Shown here in pieces: positions 42,776 to 52,839 of a stretch of DNA of 64,000 bases. How positions within the stretch are numbered: the first letter of the stretch is position 1; each line of letters starts with the position of its first letter. Origin of the DNA: an uncultured delta proteobacterium. Its GTDB lineage: Bacteria > Myxococcota_A > Polyangia > Fen-1088. The stretch spans positions 128,001 through 192,000 of the forward strand of contig CAVWIP010000015.1 of NCBI GenBank assembly GCA_963755125.1, given 5' to 3'. The position numbers and the translations under genes are program-made. The notes beneath the pieces were generated by a model. That model ran no database searches. It was not told the DNA's origin and saw only the letters and a list, made by a program, of their open reading frames with translations.

Positions 42776-43954
42776 TTACGAGGGATCAGAAACCAGCGTA
42801 ATCCGCGTGATCTCGGCGCGTGTCCCCAGCCGCATGGGCGGTCCCCAGTATCCAGTTCCTGGGTTCACGTAGAGTTGCGTCTGGCCCACGCGATGGAGCC
42901 CTTCAAGGAACGGCTGCTGCAAGCGAACCATGTAGGTAAAGGGCCAGATTTGCCCGCCATGCGTGTGTCCGGACAGCACAAGCCCGACCCCGGCCTTCGC
43001 GGCCGAGAAGATGGCTCGCGGTTGGTGTGAGAGCAGGATCACGGCGCGAGCCGGATCATGCCCGGCGAGGGCACGCACGAGGTCTGGCCCGCCGTCCGGC
43101 TCGATGCTGCGGCCGTTCCAGTCTTCGATGCCGGCCAGTTCCCAACCTCCGCCTGTCTCGGCGTCGAGGACGACATGCGCGTTTCTCAGGACTCGGATCC
43201 CCAGCCGCTGGAACTCGGGCAGCCATTCGGCGAGGCCCGAGTAATATTCGTGGTTGCCCGTGACCATGAACACGCCCAGACGCGCTCGCAGGCCAGCCAA
43301 GGGCAGCGTATCTTCGCGAACCGACCCGAAGCGGCCCTCGACCACGTCGCCGGTGAGCACGATGACGTCGGGGGCGAGCGCATTGGTGCGGCGGACCACG
43401 TTCTTGGCGAAGTCGCGACTCTTGGTCGCTCCGATGTGCAGGTCAGTCAGTTGAACGATCGTGGTTCCTGCCAGGGCCGGCGGAAGCCCGGGGACCGCGA
43501 TGCGCAACTCCTTCACCACGGGCTCGCGCAACCCCTGGAAGATCGAGTAGACCCCGATCGCGACGCTCGCCGCAACCACGCCGGCAGCCAGCCAGCGGAC
43601 CAGCATGAGCTTCGTGGCCGCATCAAGCTGTGGGCGGGCCGACACTGCCCTGCCGAGCATGAAAAGAATCCTGAGCGCGTCTGTCGCCAACAGGGCCGCA
43701 AGGAGGAGCAGCATCAAACCGAGCCAGATGTAGCCAGGCCAGGCCGCCAAGGCGGCCCACGGTCGCGGCATCAGCCTGGGCGCCATGAGTGAGACTGGCA
43801 CCGAACAGGCGAGCGCGACGCAGGCCACGGTTGCCCATGTTCGATAGGGCAGGGGCAACTGTGTCTCGCGCACGAGTCGCACCCAGAAATAGGAATGGAT
43901 GCCGGCCAGGATGGCGAGCGCGGAAAGAAAGAATGTGATGAACCTGTAAAGCAG
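42776..43954 (-). CDS. membrane metallophosphoesterase (YkuE/YaeI-like)
   Basis: TDLHIG, LTGDVVEG, TGNHEYY, LSHQP, SGHTHGGQIWP, GTGYWGPPMR; start uncertain (CTG 43954 after GGAGGA). Confidence 0.9.
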   Translation of the reverse strand: MLYRFITFFLSALAILAGIHSYFWVRLVRETQLPLPYRTWATVACVALACSVPVSLMAPRLMPRPWAALAAWPGYIWLGLMLLLLAALLATDALRILFMLGRAVSARPQLDAATKLMLVRWLAAGVVAASVAIGVYSIFQGLREPVVKELRIAVPGLPPALAGTTIVQLTDLHIGATKSRDFAKNVVRRTNALAPDVIVLTGDVVEGRFGSVREDTLPLAGLRARLGVFMVTGNHEYYSGLAEWLPEFQRLGIRVLRNAHVVLDAETGGGWELAGIEDWNGRSIEPDGGPDLVRALAGHDPARAVILLSHQPRAIFSAAKAGVGLVLSGHTHGGQIWPFTYMVRLQQPFLEGLHRVGQTQLYVNPGTGYWGPPMRLGTRAEITRITLVSDPS

Positions 43955-44284
43955 AGCCCAATCCTCCGAAAGTGGTGTTTCAGAGCGGCATCCAGAAAGC
44001 AGGTGACGGGGTCGGTTGACGCAGGCTTGCTCTTCGCGCGTGAGATTCGAGCGACGCACTGATGACGACGGTGCCTGTCACGCGGACAGTTCTAGCAAGC
44101 CTGCGATGCATTTGCCGCCCCGGGGAATTTGCGAGTGCCGACCGCGACACGTTCGCGGCGCCCGTGTCGCGGTCGCAACAGATATTCGCGCACATCGCCG
44201 TGGAAGCCGTGGAGAAGCTGAGGAGAAGTGGCCGACTTCAGCCCAACGGGGATTGGTACGTGTGGTGCATCGCCAGGGGATCGC

Positions 44285-45040
44285 ATGAACACCGCCGCCT
44301 CGCTTTCCATGACAGACACAGCCTCTCAGCTTCGCGACGTGGGCGTCTATCCAGCCTTGGGCGCGCTGCGCAATTCAAGCTGGTTTGGTGGGCTTTCTGC
44401 CTCTACGCTTGCTCAGCTAGCCAGAAATGCCTCCATTCGCTCCTTCTGGACCAGGCAGCAGGTCGCGCTTGAGGGTCGCTGGCTCGGGGCTGCGGCGGTG
44501 ATCGTGCGTGGGCGCATCTGCTCTGTGCGTCAAACCGACGGTTCACGCGAGCTAGTCTTGGAGACGTTCACGGCTGGCAACATTCTTCTGGATGGGGTCA
44601 TCGATCCGGCCGGCAGCAAGTCCGGCGACACCTTGGTCGCTGCCGAGACCAGCGTGCTTCTCTTGCTTCCAAGAGAGGAGTTCTTGGCCGTGGCCAACAG
44701 CGTTCCCGAAGTTGCGCTGGCATTTGTGCGCGAATTCGAGCGGCGCCTGAGCAGGGTAAAATCTCTCGCCTGGGGACTTGCCACGACTGACGTGGAAAGC
44801 CGGCTGTACCATTTGATTCTCGACCTGGCCCGGGACCAAGGTGAAGTGGGCCAAGAGGGGACGGTCATCACGCGCTTCCCCACGCAACAGGAATTGGCTG
44901 GGCGGATCGGAGCGTGCCGCGAAACCGTCTCCCGCATTGTGGCCGACTTGGCCCGGCAGGGCCTCCTCACGTTGCAGGGACGGTGTTTGACCCTGATGCC
45001 GCGTTTCTTCGCCGTGGCGCGAGCGGCCGAGACGTTTTGA
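44285..45040 (+). CDS. Crp/Fnr family transcriptional regulator
   Basis: Degenerate cNMP domain, DVESRL, HTH PTQQELAGRIGACRETVSR; start uncertain. Confidence 0.88.
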   Translation: MNTAASLSMTDTASQLRDVGVYPALGALRNSSWFGGLSASTLAQLARNASIRSFWTRQQVALEGRWLGAAAVIVRGRICSVRQTDGSRELVLETFTAGNILLDGVIDPAGSKSGDTLVAAETSVLLLLPREEFLAVANSVPEVALAFVREFERRLSRVKSLAWGLATTDVESRLYHLILDLARDQGEVGQEGTVITRFPTQQELAGRIGACRETVSRIVADLARQGLLTLQGRCLTLMPRFFAVARAAETF

Positions 45041-45100
45041 TTTGAAGTCAACGGCCTCGCCACACTCGGGCGACGAAAACTCTTGAACCTCGGCCCGAGA

Positions 45101-45129
45101 TTGACGCTATACCCACCGGGTGTGACAAT
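45101..45129 (+). promoter_or_regulatory. putative sigma70 promoter of alr-mla operon
   Basis: TTGACG-N17-GACAAT with extended TGn. Confidence 0.5.
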
Positions 45130-45139
45130 CCGCCGAGCC

Positions 45140-46423
45140 TTGAACGCACCCTCGACTGGAGCATCCCTCGGGCTGGTTTCCTCAGCCGCGGCCCCGTCCG
45201 TCCTGCGCCCGCATGAGGCCGCCGGGCTAGCGGTTCGCGAAGCCGACCTTCGTACGTCGATCCGGCCCACCGTGGCGGAGGTTGATCTGGGTGCCCTGGC
45301 TCGCAATGTCGCGCGCGTGCGCGCCATCGTGGGTCCGAAGGTGGCCATCTACGGCGTGGTGAAGGCGGACGCCTATGGACACGGTGCCGTAGCTGTGGCG
45401 GGCGTGCTCGCGCCCCTGGTCGACGCGCTCGCGGTTTCTCTGGTAGAGGAAGGTCTCGAGCTTCGCGGGGCCGGCCTGACCTGTCCGATCTTAGTGCTGG
45501 GCGCCTACTACGGTCAAACCCACTCCGAGGTGCTGGAAGAGGGCCTCACGCCGGTCGTCTACGACGTCGGCGAGTTGCAACGGTTTGGCAGCGCGCCCCG
45601 GCGGCGCAGGCCAAAAGGCGGTCGGTCCGAGGCGGCAGGTAGCCTGCAGCAGCGTTGGCCCGTGCACGTGAAGATCGACACGGGCATGAACCGACTGGGC
45701 ATTCAGCCCGAAGCCTTGCCGGCATTCTTCGAGATTGCGGCTCGCTACCCGCACCTGGAATTGACCGGGCTGTGCACGCACTTCGCGTCGGCTGACATGA
45801 AACGTCCCGGAGCCACCCGCGAGCAGATCGCACGCTTTGCGCGTTGCCTTGCGGTCGCGGCCGCTCGCGGGGTGGTTCCCGATGTCGTGCACGCGGCCAA
45901 CAGCGCTGCGGCGGTGCGCTTTCCCGAGGCGCGCTACCGAGCTATCCGGCCCGGGCTTGCGCTCTACGGTGCCATGCCGTCGGCGGTGGTGGCCCGTCCC
46001 GAGCTGGAGGCTGTGCTCAGTTTGCGCACCAAGATCATGGCGTTGCACGAGGTGGCCGCTGGCCAGGGCGTGAGCTACGGCGGTCTGTGGCGTCCAGCGC
46101 GCAAGGCACGCGTGGCCACCCTGCCCATCGGCTATGCCGACGGCTATCCCAGACACATTCGCGGCGCCGAGGTTCTCATCCGGGGCTGCCGTGCTCCGGT
46201 GGTCGGCGCCGTGTGCATGGACATGATGATGGTTGATGTGAGCCGGGTGCCGGGCGCATCCGTGGGCGCCCCTGTGACCCTCATCGGGTACGACCACGGG
46301 TCGGCCATCACCATCGACCACGTGGCCCGCTGGGCTGATACCGCCAGCTACGAGATTCTGTGCGGGATCTCCAAGCGCGTTCCGCGCATCTACCGGACCA
46401 GCCAACCGGATGCCCAGCCATGA
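45140..46423 (+). CDS. alr: alanine racemase
   Basis: VVKADAYGHG, HVKIDTGMNRLG, THFASAD, HAANSA, GYADGY, G.VCMD, YEILC; start uncertain. Confidence 0.96.
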   Translation: MNAPSTGASLGLVSSAAAPSVLRPHEAAGLAVREADLRTSIRPTVAEVDLGALARNVARVRAIVGPKVAIYGVVKADAYGHGAVAVAGVLAPLVDALAVSLVEEGLELRGAGLTCPILVLGAYYGQTHSEVLEEGLTPVVYDVGELQRFGSAPRRRRPKGGRSEAAGSLQQRWPVHVKIDTGMNRLGIQPEALPAFFEIAARYPHLELTGLCTHFASADMKRPGATREQIARFARCLAVAAARGVVPDVVHAANSAAAVRFPEARYRAIRPGLALYGAMPSAVVARPELEAVLSLRTKIMALHEVAAGQGVSYGGLWRPARKARVATLPIGYADGYPRHIRGAEVLIRGCRAPVVGAVCMDMMMVDVSRVPGASVGAPVTLIGYDHGSAITIDHVARWADTASYEILCGISKRVPRIYRTSQPDAQP

Positions 46424-47274
46424 GCAACGCTGCTCCGACCAACCCGAGCGGCGGCGTTCAGGAGTTCTCGCCCACGCAAGTGGTTCGTCTCGTCGGTCGA
46501 ATCTTCGGGCCCTTGTTGGGAGCGGTGGCCATTTTCGGCCAGCACATGCTGTTGTTGGGCCGCGCCTTCACGTGGTTGTTTCGGCGGCCTTTCCGGCTGC
46601 GCCTCTACCTAGAACAGATGGAGTTCATCGGCGTGGGCTCGATGCCCATCATCATGCTGGTGGGGTTTTTCAGCGGAGCGGTGACGGCGCTGCAGGGCAT
46701 CACCGCGCTGGCCATGTTCGACCAGCAGCGCTGGGTCGGCTACGCCGTGGGGGTTTCCCTGGCACGCGAACTGGCGCCTGTGTTCACCGCCCTCATGATC
46801 ACGGCGCGGGCCGGTTCGGCCATGGCAACCGAGCTGGGTTCGATGCGTATCACCGAGCAGATCGATGCGCTGACGACTTTTGCGGTGAACCCGGTGCACT
46901 ACTTGGTCACGCCCCGGTTGGTCGCCTCGATCTTGATGCTGCCGGTCATGACCATGGTGTTCAACGTGGTCGGTTTGCTGGGCGGCTACGTCATTTCGAT
47001 TTTGGTGTACCAGATCGATCTGGGGCAGGTTCTGGAGCTGTTTCGTCACTGGGTCGACCCGGTGGACTACGTGCAAGGGCTCATCAAGTCGGTGATCTTC
47101 GGCATCGCCATGGCGTTGGCTGCCTGCTATCAAGGATTCAACGTGCGCGGTGGGGCCAAGGAAGTGGGCCGCGCTACCACCGCCGCCGTCGTGTCCAGTT
47201 CGGTTTCTGTCCTGGTGCTCGACTACTTCTTGATCGAGATCATGAACGTGATCTGGCCCTCGCATGGACTGTAG
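46420..47274 (+). CDS. mlaE: MlaE family ABC permease
   Basis: RELAPVFTALMITARAGSAMATELGSMRITEQIDAL, GAKEVGRATT.AVV. Confidence 0.93.
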   Translation: MSNAAPTNPSGGVQEFSPTQVVRLVGRIFGPLLGAVAIFGQHMLLLGRAFTWLFRRPFRLRLYLEQMEFIGVGSMPIIMLVGFFSGAVTALQGITALAMFDQQRWVGYAVGVSLARELAPVFTALMITARAGSAMATELGSMRITEQIDALTTFAVNPVHYLVTPRLVASILMLPVMTMVFNVVGLLGGYVISILVYQIDLGQVLELFRHWVDPVDYVQGLIKSVIFGIAMALAACYQGFNVRGGAKEVGRATTAAVVSSSVSVLVLDYFLIEIMNVIWPSHGL

Positions 47275-48069
47275 ATGACGAACGGCGGCCATACGCGTGA
47301 CGATCGCTGGCAGATCCAGATTCGCGGTCTGCACAAGAGCTTCGGCTCGCAGGAGGTTCTGCGCGGGATCGACCTGGACTTCGAGCGGGGCAAGACCAAC
47401 ATCGTCATCGGTGGCTCCGGGCAGGGCAAGTCGGTGCTGATGAAGCACCTGATGGGTCTGTTGCAACCGGACAGCGGCCACATCTACGTTGACGGCGAGG
47501 ATATCGTGGGCCTCGACGAAGTGGCCATCGCGAAGGTACAGCGCAAGTTCGGTATGGTTTTTCAGTATGCTGCGCTCTTTGACTCGCTCAACGTGGTCGA
47601 GAACATAGCCTTTCCGCTCATCGAGCGGTATCGGCTGCCCAGAGGTGAAATCCTGGGTCGGGTGAGGGACTTGCTCCGGCGCCTGGATCTGGACAATGTT
47701 CCGGGGGTGGAGGAGAAGTTCCCCGCCGAGCTATCCGGTGGTATGCGAAAGCGTGTGGGCCTGGCGCGCGCGCTTGTCGACCGGCCCCAGATTCTGCTCT
47801 ACGATGAGCCCACCACCGGGCTTGACCCGATTGCCACCAAAAACGTCGATGAAATGATCAGGCGCACTGCAGATGACTTTGGGGTCACGTCCGTCGTGAT
47901 CTCACACGACATGGCGTCGACCTTTCGCATCGGCGACCGCATCGCCATGCTCTACGACGGCAAGATCGTTGCCTGCGGCACGCCTGCCGAGTTGCTCGCG
48001 GCGCCCGACCCGAGGCTGCGTGAGTTCGTCGAACCCTCGGGCGCGGTGAAATTCGGGGCGCCATCATGA
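47275..48069 (+). CDS. mlaF: MlaF family ABC ATP-binding protein
   Basis: GGSGQGKS, FQYAALFDS, LSGGMRKRVGLARA, YDEPTTGLDP. Confidence 0.93.
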   Translation: MTNGGHTRDDRWQIQIRGLHKSFGSQEVLRGIDLDFERGKTNIVIGGSGQGKSVLMKHLMGLLQPDSGHIYVDGEDIVGLDEVAIAKVQRKFGMVFQYAALFDSLNVVENIAFPLIERYRLPRGEILGRVRDLLRRLDLDNVPGVEEKFPAELSGGMRKRVGLARALVDRPQILLYDEPTTGLDPIATKNVDEMIRRTADDFGVTSVVISHDMASTFRIGDRIAMLYDGKIVACGTPAELLAAPDPRLREFVEPSGAVKFGAPS

Positions 48070-49589
48070 GGCGGAGTCTGGCCGGCTTCACGGTGGGCGC
48101 CCTTGCGCTGGTGGTCTTGGTGACGACCTACCTGCTGTTTCAGTACACCAGCAAGAAGATCGCGGGGGGCGGCGGCTACCGCGTGCACGCTCTGTTTCAC
48201 AATGCCCTGGGGGTCTACGAGAGGACGCGGGTTCTGTCGGCTGGGTTGCGCATCGGACAGGTCGAGGAGCGCGAACTCGACCAGGAGTCGGGCAAGGCCA
48301 AGGTTTTTCTGCGCATCATGCCGAATATCAAGCTCTACGAGAATGCCGCCATTGCCAAGAAGGCGGCGTCGCTGCTCGGCGAGTACTACCTCGAGATCGA
48401 TCCCGGCTCTCCTGTGGCGGTACGCAGTGGCAAGCGCGTGGCTCTGCGGGAACTGCAGGAGGGCGACGAGATCAAGATCGTGACCGAGCCGGTGGAGATG
48501 GGCGACATCATGAACTCGGTGGGCGAAACCCTGCCCATCCTAAGGGACATCCTTTCAGACGTGAAGGAGCTGACCTCGGGACCGGTCAAGGATATAGCCA
48601 ACAACGCCAACCAATTGCTGGAGAGAAACTCGGCCATCGTCGAGCGCCTGCTCGGACGCATAGACGACATCGCAGCGACCGTGCAGGGAATCACCCGCTC
48701 CGAGGCCGAGGATGTCCGCGTCACCCTGCACAACGCGCGCGACATCACCGAGGCCATCAAGGGGCTGGTGGGCACCACCCAGGGGCAGGTTTCGGGGGCA
48801 GGACAGGATCTGCGCAGCTCGTTGCAGAAGCTGCAGACCAGCATCGACAGCCTGGACAAGTCGTTGCGCCACGTGGACAAGATCACCAGCCGCATGGAGG
48901 ACGGCGAGGGCACGGTGGGCCACCTGCTGACCGACGATACCGTGGCCAAGAACCTCGACAGTATCACGGATGACATCAGCGGCATCACCCGTGGTGTGAA
49001 CCGGCTGCAGACCATCGTGGGTCTGCGCACCGAGTACAACTACATGGCCCATACCTTCAAGTCCTACGTGGCTGTCCAGTTGTACCCGCGACCTGACAAG
49101 TTCTACCTGATCGAGTTGGTCGACGATCCGCGTGGCTATCGCAACGCCTCAAGTACCGTGGGCTACAGCTCACAAATCGGCGCGTATTCCAACGAGCAGG
49201 TCACCACGACCGAGCAGCTACGCTTCAGCTTCATGTTCGGCAAGCGTTGGGGTCCTGTGCAGGGGCGTTTTGGCATCAAGGAATCGACCGGTGGCGTGGG
49301 CGGCGACCTGTACCTGTTCAACGACCACCTGATGTTGTCGACTGATATCTTCGACACGCGTTCGAATCAGTACCCGCGCGTGACCGCACGTGGGTACCTC
49401 GCGATCTACAAGAAGTACCTCTACCTCGTGGGAGGGGTGGACGACATATTGAACTACACCCGAACCCAAGGTACCGCGGGCGGGTTTTTCGACTGGTTCA
49501 TGGGCTTGCAGCTCTACTTCAACGACGAAGATCTCAAGACCCTGCTGCTCTTTGGCGGTGCCAGCGCCGCTGCGGCGGCCGGCAAGTAG
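48066..49589 (+). CDS. mlaD: MlaD/MCE family protein with long helical region
   Basis: N-terminal TM helix, MCE domain (G..V...G..IG.V, LLGEYYLEI.PG), GEGTVGHLL. Confidence 0.88.
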   Translation: MRRSLAGFTVGALALVVLVTTYLLFQYTSKKIAGGGGYRVHALFHNALGVYERTRVLSAGLRIGQVEERELDQESGKAKVFLRIMPNIKLYENAAIAKKAASLLGEYYLEIDPGSPVAVRSGKRVALRELQEGDEIKIVTEPVEMGDIMNSVGETLPILRDILSDVKELTSGPVKDIANNANQLLERNSAIVERLLGRIDDIAATVQGITRSEAEDVRVTLHNARDITEAIKGLVGTTQGQVSGAGQDLRSSLQKLQTSIDSLDKSLRHVDKITSRMEDGEGTVGHLLTDDTVAKNLDSITDDISGITRGVNRLQTIVGLRTEYNYMAHTFKSYVAVQLYPRPDKFYLIELVDDPRGYRNASSTVGYSSQIGAYSNEQVTTTEQLRFSFMFGKRWGPVQGRFGIKESTGGVGGDLYLFNDHLMLSTDIFDTRSNQYPRVTARGYLAIYKKYLYLVGGVDDILNYTRTQGTAGGFFDWFMGLQLYFNDEDLKTLLLFGGASAAAAAGK

Positions 49590-49594
49590 CAGGC

Positions 49595-49622
49595 TTGACG
49601 CCCAGCCGGCGCCCCCTATAGT
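49595..49622 (+). promoter_or_regulatory. putative sigma70 promoter of yceD-rpmF-plsX-fab operon
   Basis: TTGACG-N16-TATAGT. Confidence 0.6.
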
Positions 49623-49663
49623 TACGCCCTTTCCAAGCACGGGGCTCGCGCCTCGCACCTGCC

Positions 49664-50182
49664 ATGCGTTACAAGACCAAAGATATTGGCGACGAGGGGC
49701 TGGACATCCGCGTGGCAGTGACCGAGGCCTGGCTCAAGGCGGAGAGTCCTGACGTGGACATGCGGCCGTCAGAAGAGGGCATTGTCTTCACCGGCCGTCT
49801 GGAACTGGCCGGCGACGAGTATCTGCTGCGGGGCACGCTCCGGGGCGGTCTGGTCACGCCGTGCGTTCGCTGTCTGGAGCCGGCCACGCTGGCGCTCGAC
49901 GTGCCTGTGACGCTCACTTTCGTCGAGCGCGCAGAGCCGTCGGGCGAAGAGGAGGAGGATGACGACGAGGACGTCATCACCTTCCAGGATGGTGCGATCG
50001 ACCTGGGACCCGAGATCCGGGACGAATTGCTACTGGCCCTGCCCATGGGGCCGCTGTGCCGGGAGGATTGCGCGGGCATCTGCCCCACTTGCGGCGTGAA
50101 CCGGAACCTGACACCCTGCAGTTGCGCCGAGCGGCCGGCGGGCGGTGGCAAGTTCGCGGCGCGGGCCAAAGTTAAGGCGTAA
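49664..50182 (+). CDS. yceD: YceD/DUF177 family protein
   Basis: CVRCL, LCREDCAGICPTCG.NRN...CSC; upstream of rpmF. Confidence 0.9.
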   Translation: MRYKTKDIGDEGLDIRVAVTEAWLKAESPDVDMRPSEEGIVFTGRLELAGDEYLLRGTLRGGLVTPCVRCLEPATLALDVPVTLTFVERAEPSGEEEEDDDEDVITFQDGAIDLGPEIRDELLLALPMGPLCREDCAGICPTCGVNRNLTPCSCAERPAGGGKFAARAKVKA

Positions 50183-50209
50183 CGGTATTCGACAACAGGA
50201 GATGTGACC

Positions 50210-50404
50210 ATGGCAGTTCCCAAGAGACGACAATCCAAGTCCCGCTCGGCGATCCGCCGGGCCCAGGTGATGAAGCAGCCGATTCCCCACTTCGTTCCCT
50301 GCCCGCGCTGTGGCGAGGCAAGACTCCCTCACCGGGTCTGCGCGGCGTGCGGCTACTACAAGGACCGCATGGTCATTGAAAAGCCGCAAGACGAGACGAC
50401 CTAG
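50210..50404 (+). CDS. rpmF: 50S ribosomal protein L32
   Basis: MAVPKRRQSKSR, CPRCG...PHRVC..CGYY. Confidence 0.97.
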   Translation: MAVPKRRQSKSRSAIRRAQVMKQPIPHFVPCPRCGEARLPHRVCAACGYYKDRMVIEKPQDETT

Positions 50405-50448
50405 TCCCCAAGGCGCGTCGACTATTTGAGGCGGAAGGTATCCGTCCC

Positions 50449-51537
50449 ATGACCGATCCGGCTCGGATTCGCGTTGCCGTGGACGCGATGGGGGCCGAGG
50501 GCGCTCCGTGCGTCGAGGTCGAGGGCGCCTTGAGTGCCCTGACCGGTCCTGCAATCGACATCGTGCTGGTCGGCGACCAGGAGCGCGTGCGCCGTGTGCT
50601 CGACGAGATGAGCCCGGGAGTCCCAGCAGAGCGTATCCAGGTTCGTCATGCCGCTGAGGTGGTGGCCATGGACGAGGCGCCCGCCGTCGCCATTCGTCAG
50701 AAGAAGGCGTCGTCGATGCGCATCTGCTTCGAGATGGCCAAGCAGGGCGAAGTGGACGCCGTGGTCTCGGCGGGCAACTCCGGCGCGATGATGGCCGGGG
50801 CATTATTGGTGTTGGGGCGGATAGCCGGGGTGGAACGGCCTGCCATCGTGACCACGTTTCCCACCCAGACCGGCCAATGCGCGTTGCTCGACATGGGGGC
50901 GAACGTGGATCTGCGACCGACCGTGCTGGCGCAGTTCTCGGTGCTCGGTTCGGGATATGCGCGCCTGCTGCACAAGAAGGAGCGTCCCCGCGTGGGCTTG
51001 CTGTCCAACGGCGCCGAGGGGCACAAAGGCACGGCGCTCACGCGCGAGGCGCATCAGTTGCTCACGCGGGCAGGAACATCGGGACGGACAGCCGGCTTCG
51101 ACTATCTCGGCTACGTCGAGGGACGGGACATTTTTCGAGGCCAGGTCGATGTGGTAGTCACGGACGGTTTCACCGGGAATGTCCTGCTCAAGAGCTGCGA
51201 AGGTCTGGTGGAGTGGCTGACCCAGGCCATCCGCGACGAGGTCGAGCAGGGGAGCGTGCTGGAAAAACTGGGCGCCTTCCTGATGCGGCCGGCATTGCGC
51301 CGGTTTCGCCGACGCAGCGACTACGCGGAGACCGGCGGCGCGCCGTTGGTGGGAGTGGACGGGGTCGTGCTCATCTGTCACGGCTCTTCGGACGCACGCT
51401 CCATCAAAAACGGCGTGCTGGCAGCCAGCGAATTGGTTCGCGCTCGGTTTCGCGAAGAAATGGCGCGGGCAGTGACCGAGCACGCCTATCTGTGGCGCGA
51501 GGACGTGCCTGCGGACGGCGCAGGAGGATCCGCGTGA
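50449..51537 (+). CDS. plsX: phosphate acyltransferase
   Basis: VAVDAMG, VSAGNSGA, LDMGAN, DVVVTDGFTGNV.LK, GGAPL.GV, HGSS. Confidence 0.96.
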   Translation: MTDPARIRVAVDAMGAEGAPCVEVEGALSALTGPAIDIVLVGDQERVRRVLDEMSPGVPAERIQVRHAAEVVAMDEAPAVAIRQKKASSMRICFEMAKQGEVDAVVSAGNSGAMMAGALLVLGRIAGVERPAIVTTFPTQTGQCALLDMGANVDLRPTVLAQFSVLGSGYARLLHKKERPRVGLLSNGAEGHKGTALTREAHQLLTRAGTSGRTAGFDYLGYVEGRDIFRGQVDVVVTDGFTGNVLLKSCEGLVEWLTQAIRDEVEQGSVLEKLGAFLMRPALRRFRRRSDYAETGGAPLVGVDGVVLICHGSSDARSIKNGVLAASELVRARFREEMARAVTEHAYLWREDVPADGAGGSA

Positions 51538-52373
51538 GCGACAAACGAGATGGGAACCCTGAAAGGGTTTCCAAGCCCTCCCGCGATGGTACGCCGCCCG
51601 CAAAGCCGGCGGGCTCCCCACGCGAATCAGATGGAAAATTGCAGGGCAAGGTGGCCGTGGTCACCGGAGCCTCGCGCGGGATCGGTCGCGCCGTCGCGCT
51701 GGCGCTGGCCGCGCAGGGAGCCCGGGTGGTGATGAATTACCTGCACAATCAGGCGGCCGCGGCCGAAGCCGCTGCAGCGGTGGGCAGCGCCGGTGTGCTG
51801 GTGCCCTTCGACGTGGCCGACGCGGAAGCGGTCGACCGGGCGTTCAAGCAGATAGTTTCGGCTGAAGGCGGGGTTCATATCTTGGTGAACAATGCAGGCG
51901 TGGCGGTCAACGCCCTGACCCTGGGGGCCAAGGATGCCGACTGGCAACGCGCGCTCGCGGTCAACCTGGGCGGGGCGTTCAACTGCACCCGCGCGGCGCT
52001 ACGCTCGCTCATGCGCGCTCCTGGTGGCGGCCGCATCGTCAACATCGCCTCGGTGGTGGGCGAGACGGGCTCGGCCGGGCAGGGTCCATACGCGGCGGCC
52101 AAGGCGGGACTGCTGGGTCTGACCAAGACCTGGGCGCGCGAATATGCCTCGCGCGGGGTCACGGTGAACGCGGTATCGCCGGGCTTCATCGAGACCGACA
52201 TGACGGCAGCGGGGCTTCCGCCCGAGCGGCGCGCCGAGATTCTCAAGTCGATTCCTCTGGGCTGTGTCGGAACACCCGAAGATGTGGCTGCGGCGGTGGT
52301 ATACCTGGCCAGTCCGGGGGCCGGATATGTCACTGGGCAGGTGCTACGAGTCAACGGCGGACTTTTGATGTAA
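51534..52373 (+). CDS. fabG: 3-oxoacyl-ACP reductase
   Basis: [33 protein letters not shown] overlapping the plsX stop. Confidence 0.93.
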   Translation: MSDKRDGNPERVSKPSRDGTPPAKPAGSPRESDGKLQGKVAVVTGASRGIGRAVALALAAQGARVVMNYLHNQAAAAEAAAAVGSAGVLVPFDVADAEAVDRAFKQIVSAEGGVHILVNNAGVAVNALTLGAKDADWQRALAVNLGGAFNCTRAALRSLMRAPGGGRIVNIASVVGETGSAGQGPYAAAKAGLLGLTKTWAREYASRGVTVNAVSPGFIETDMTAAGLPPERRAEILKSIPLGCVGTPEDVAAAVVYLASPGAGYVTGQVLRVNGGLLM

Positions 52374-52422
52374 CGTATGCCCCTGCAAGGCGCTTGTGCG
52401 CACAAGGAGAAGGACGCGAACC

Positions 52423-52665
52423 ATGGCAGAGAACCTGGAAGAAAAAGTCATGAAGATCATAGTCGAGCAGCTCGAGGTCCCGGCCGACAAGGTGACCATG
52501 GGCGCGTCGTTTTCCGACGATCTGAAGGCGGACTCGATTGACCGTCTCGAGATGGTGGTGGTGCTGGAAGAGGCCTTCAAGATCGAGATTCCCGACGAGG
52601 ATGCCGAGAAGATCAAGACTGTCGGGGACGCCGTCAACTACGTCAAGGGGCGCGTGAAGCAGTAG
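52423..52665 (+). CDS. acpP: acyl carrier protein
   Basis: [37 protein letters not shown]. Confidence 0.96.
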   Translation: MAENLEEKVMKIIVEQLEVPADKVTMGASFSDDLKADSIDRLEMVVVLEEAFKIEIPDEDAEKIKTVGDAVNYVKGRVKQ

Positions 52666-52671
52666 GCTGGC

Positions 52672-52836
52672 CTAGTGCCTCCGGTCAGAATCTCCGCCAC
52701 GTTTGGGCGGCCGATCCATCCCGGCCGGCTGCGTTGCTCCTCGGTTACATACGTCGAGTATGCGCCCTCGTCGCGCCTTGCCGTCCGGGCGGCTCGTCCA
52801 CCGAAACATGGCCGCTCTCCTGACCGGAGGCACTAG
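52672..52836. mobile_element. 165-bp MITE-like element with terminal inverted repeats and CTAG ends
   Basis: CTAGTGCCTCCGGTCAG (52672-88) and CTGACCGGAGGCACTAG (52820-36) are perfect 17-bp inverted repeats; imperfect pairing continues inward; no ORF. Confidence 0.75.
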
Positions 52837-52839
52837 CCG

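Noticed and set aside
50877..51533. Long N-terminal extensions in the ORF track for fabG (also amtB from 12911, trxB from 495, permease from 21513)
   Set aside because: They overlap neighbouring genes or spacers; downstream starts with an SD or stop-start coupling fit the families better.
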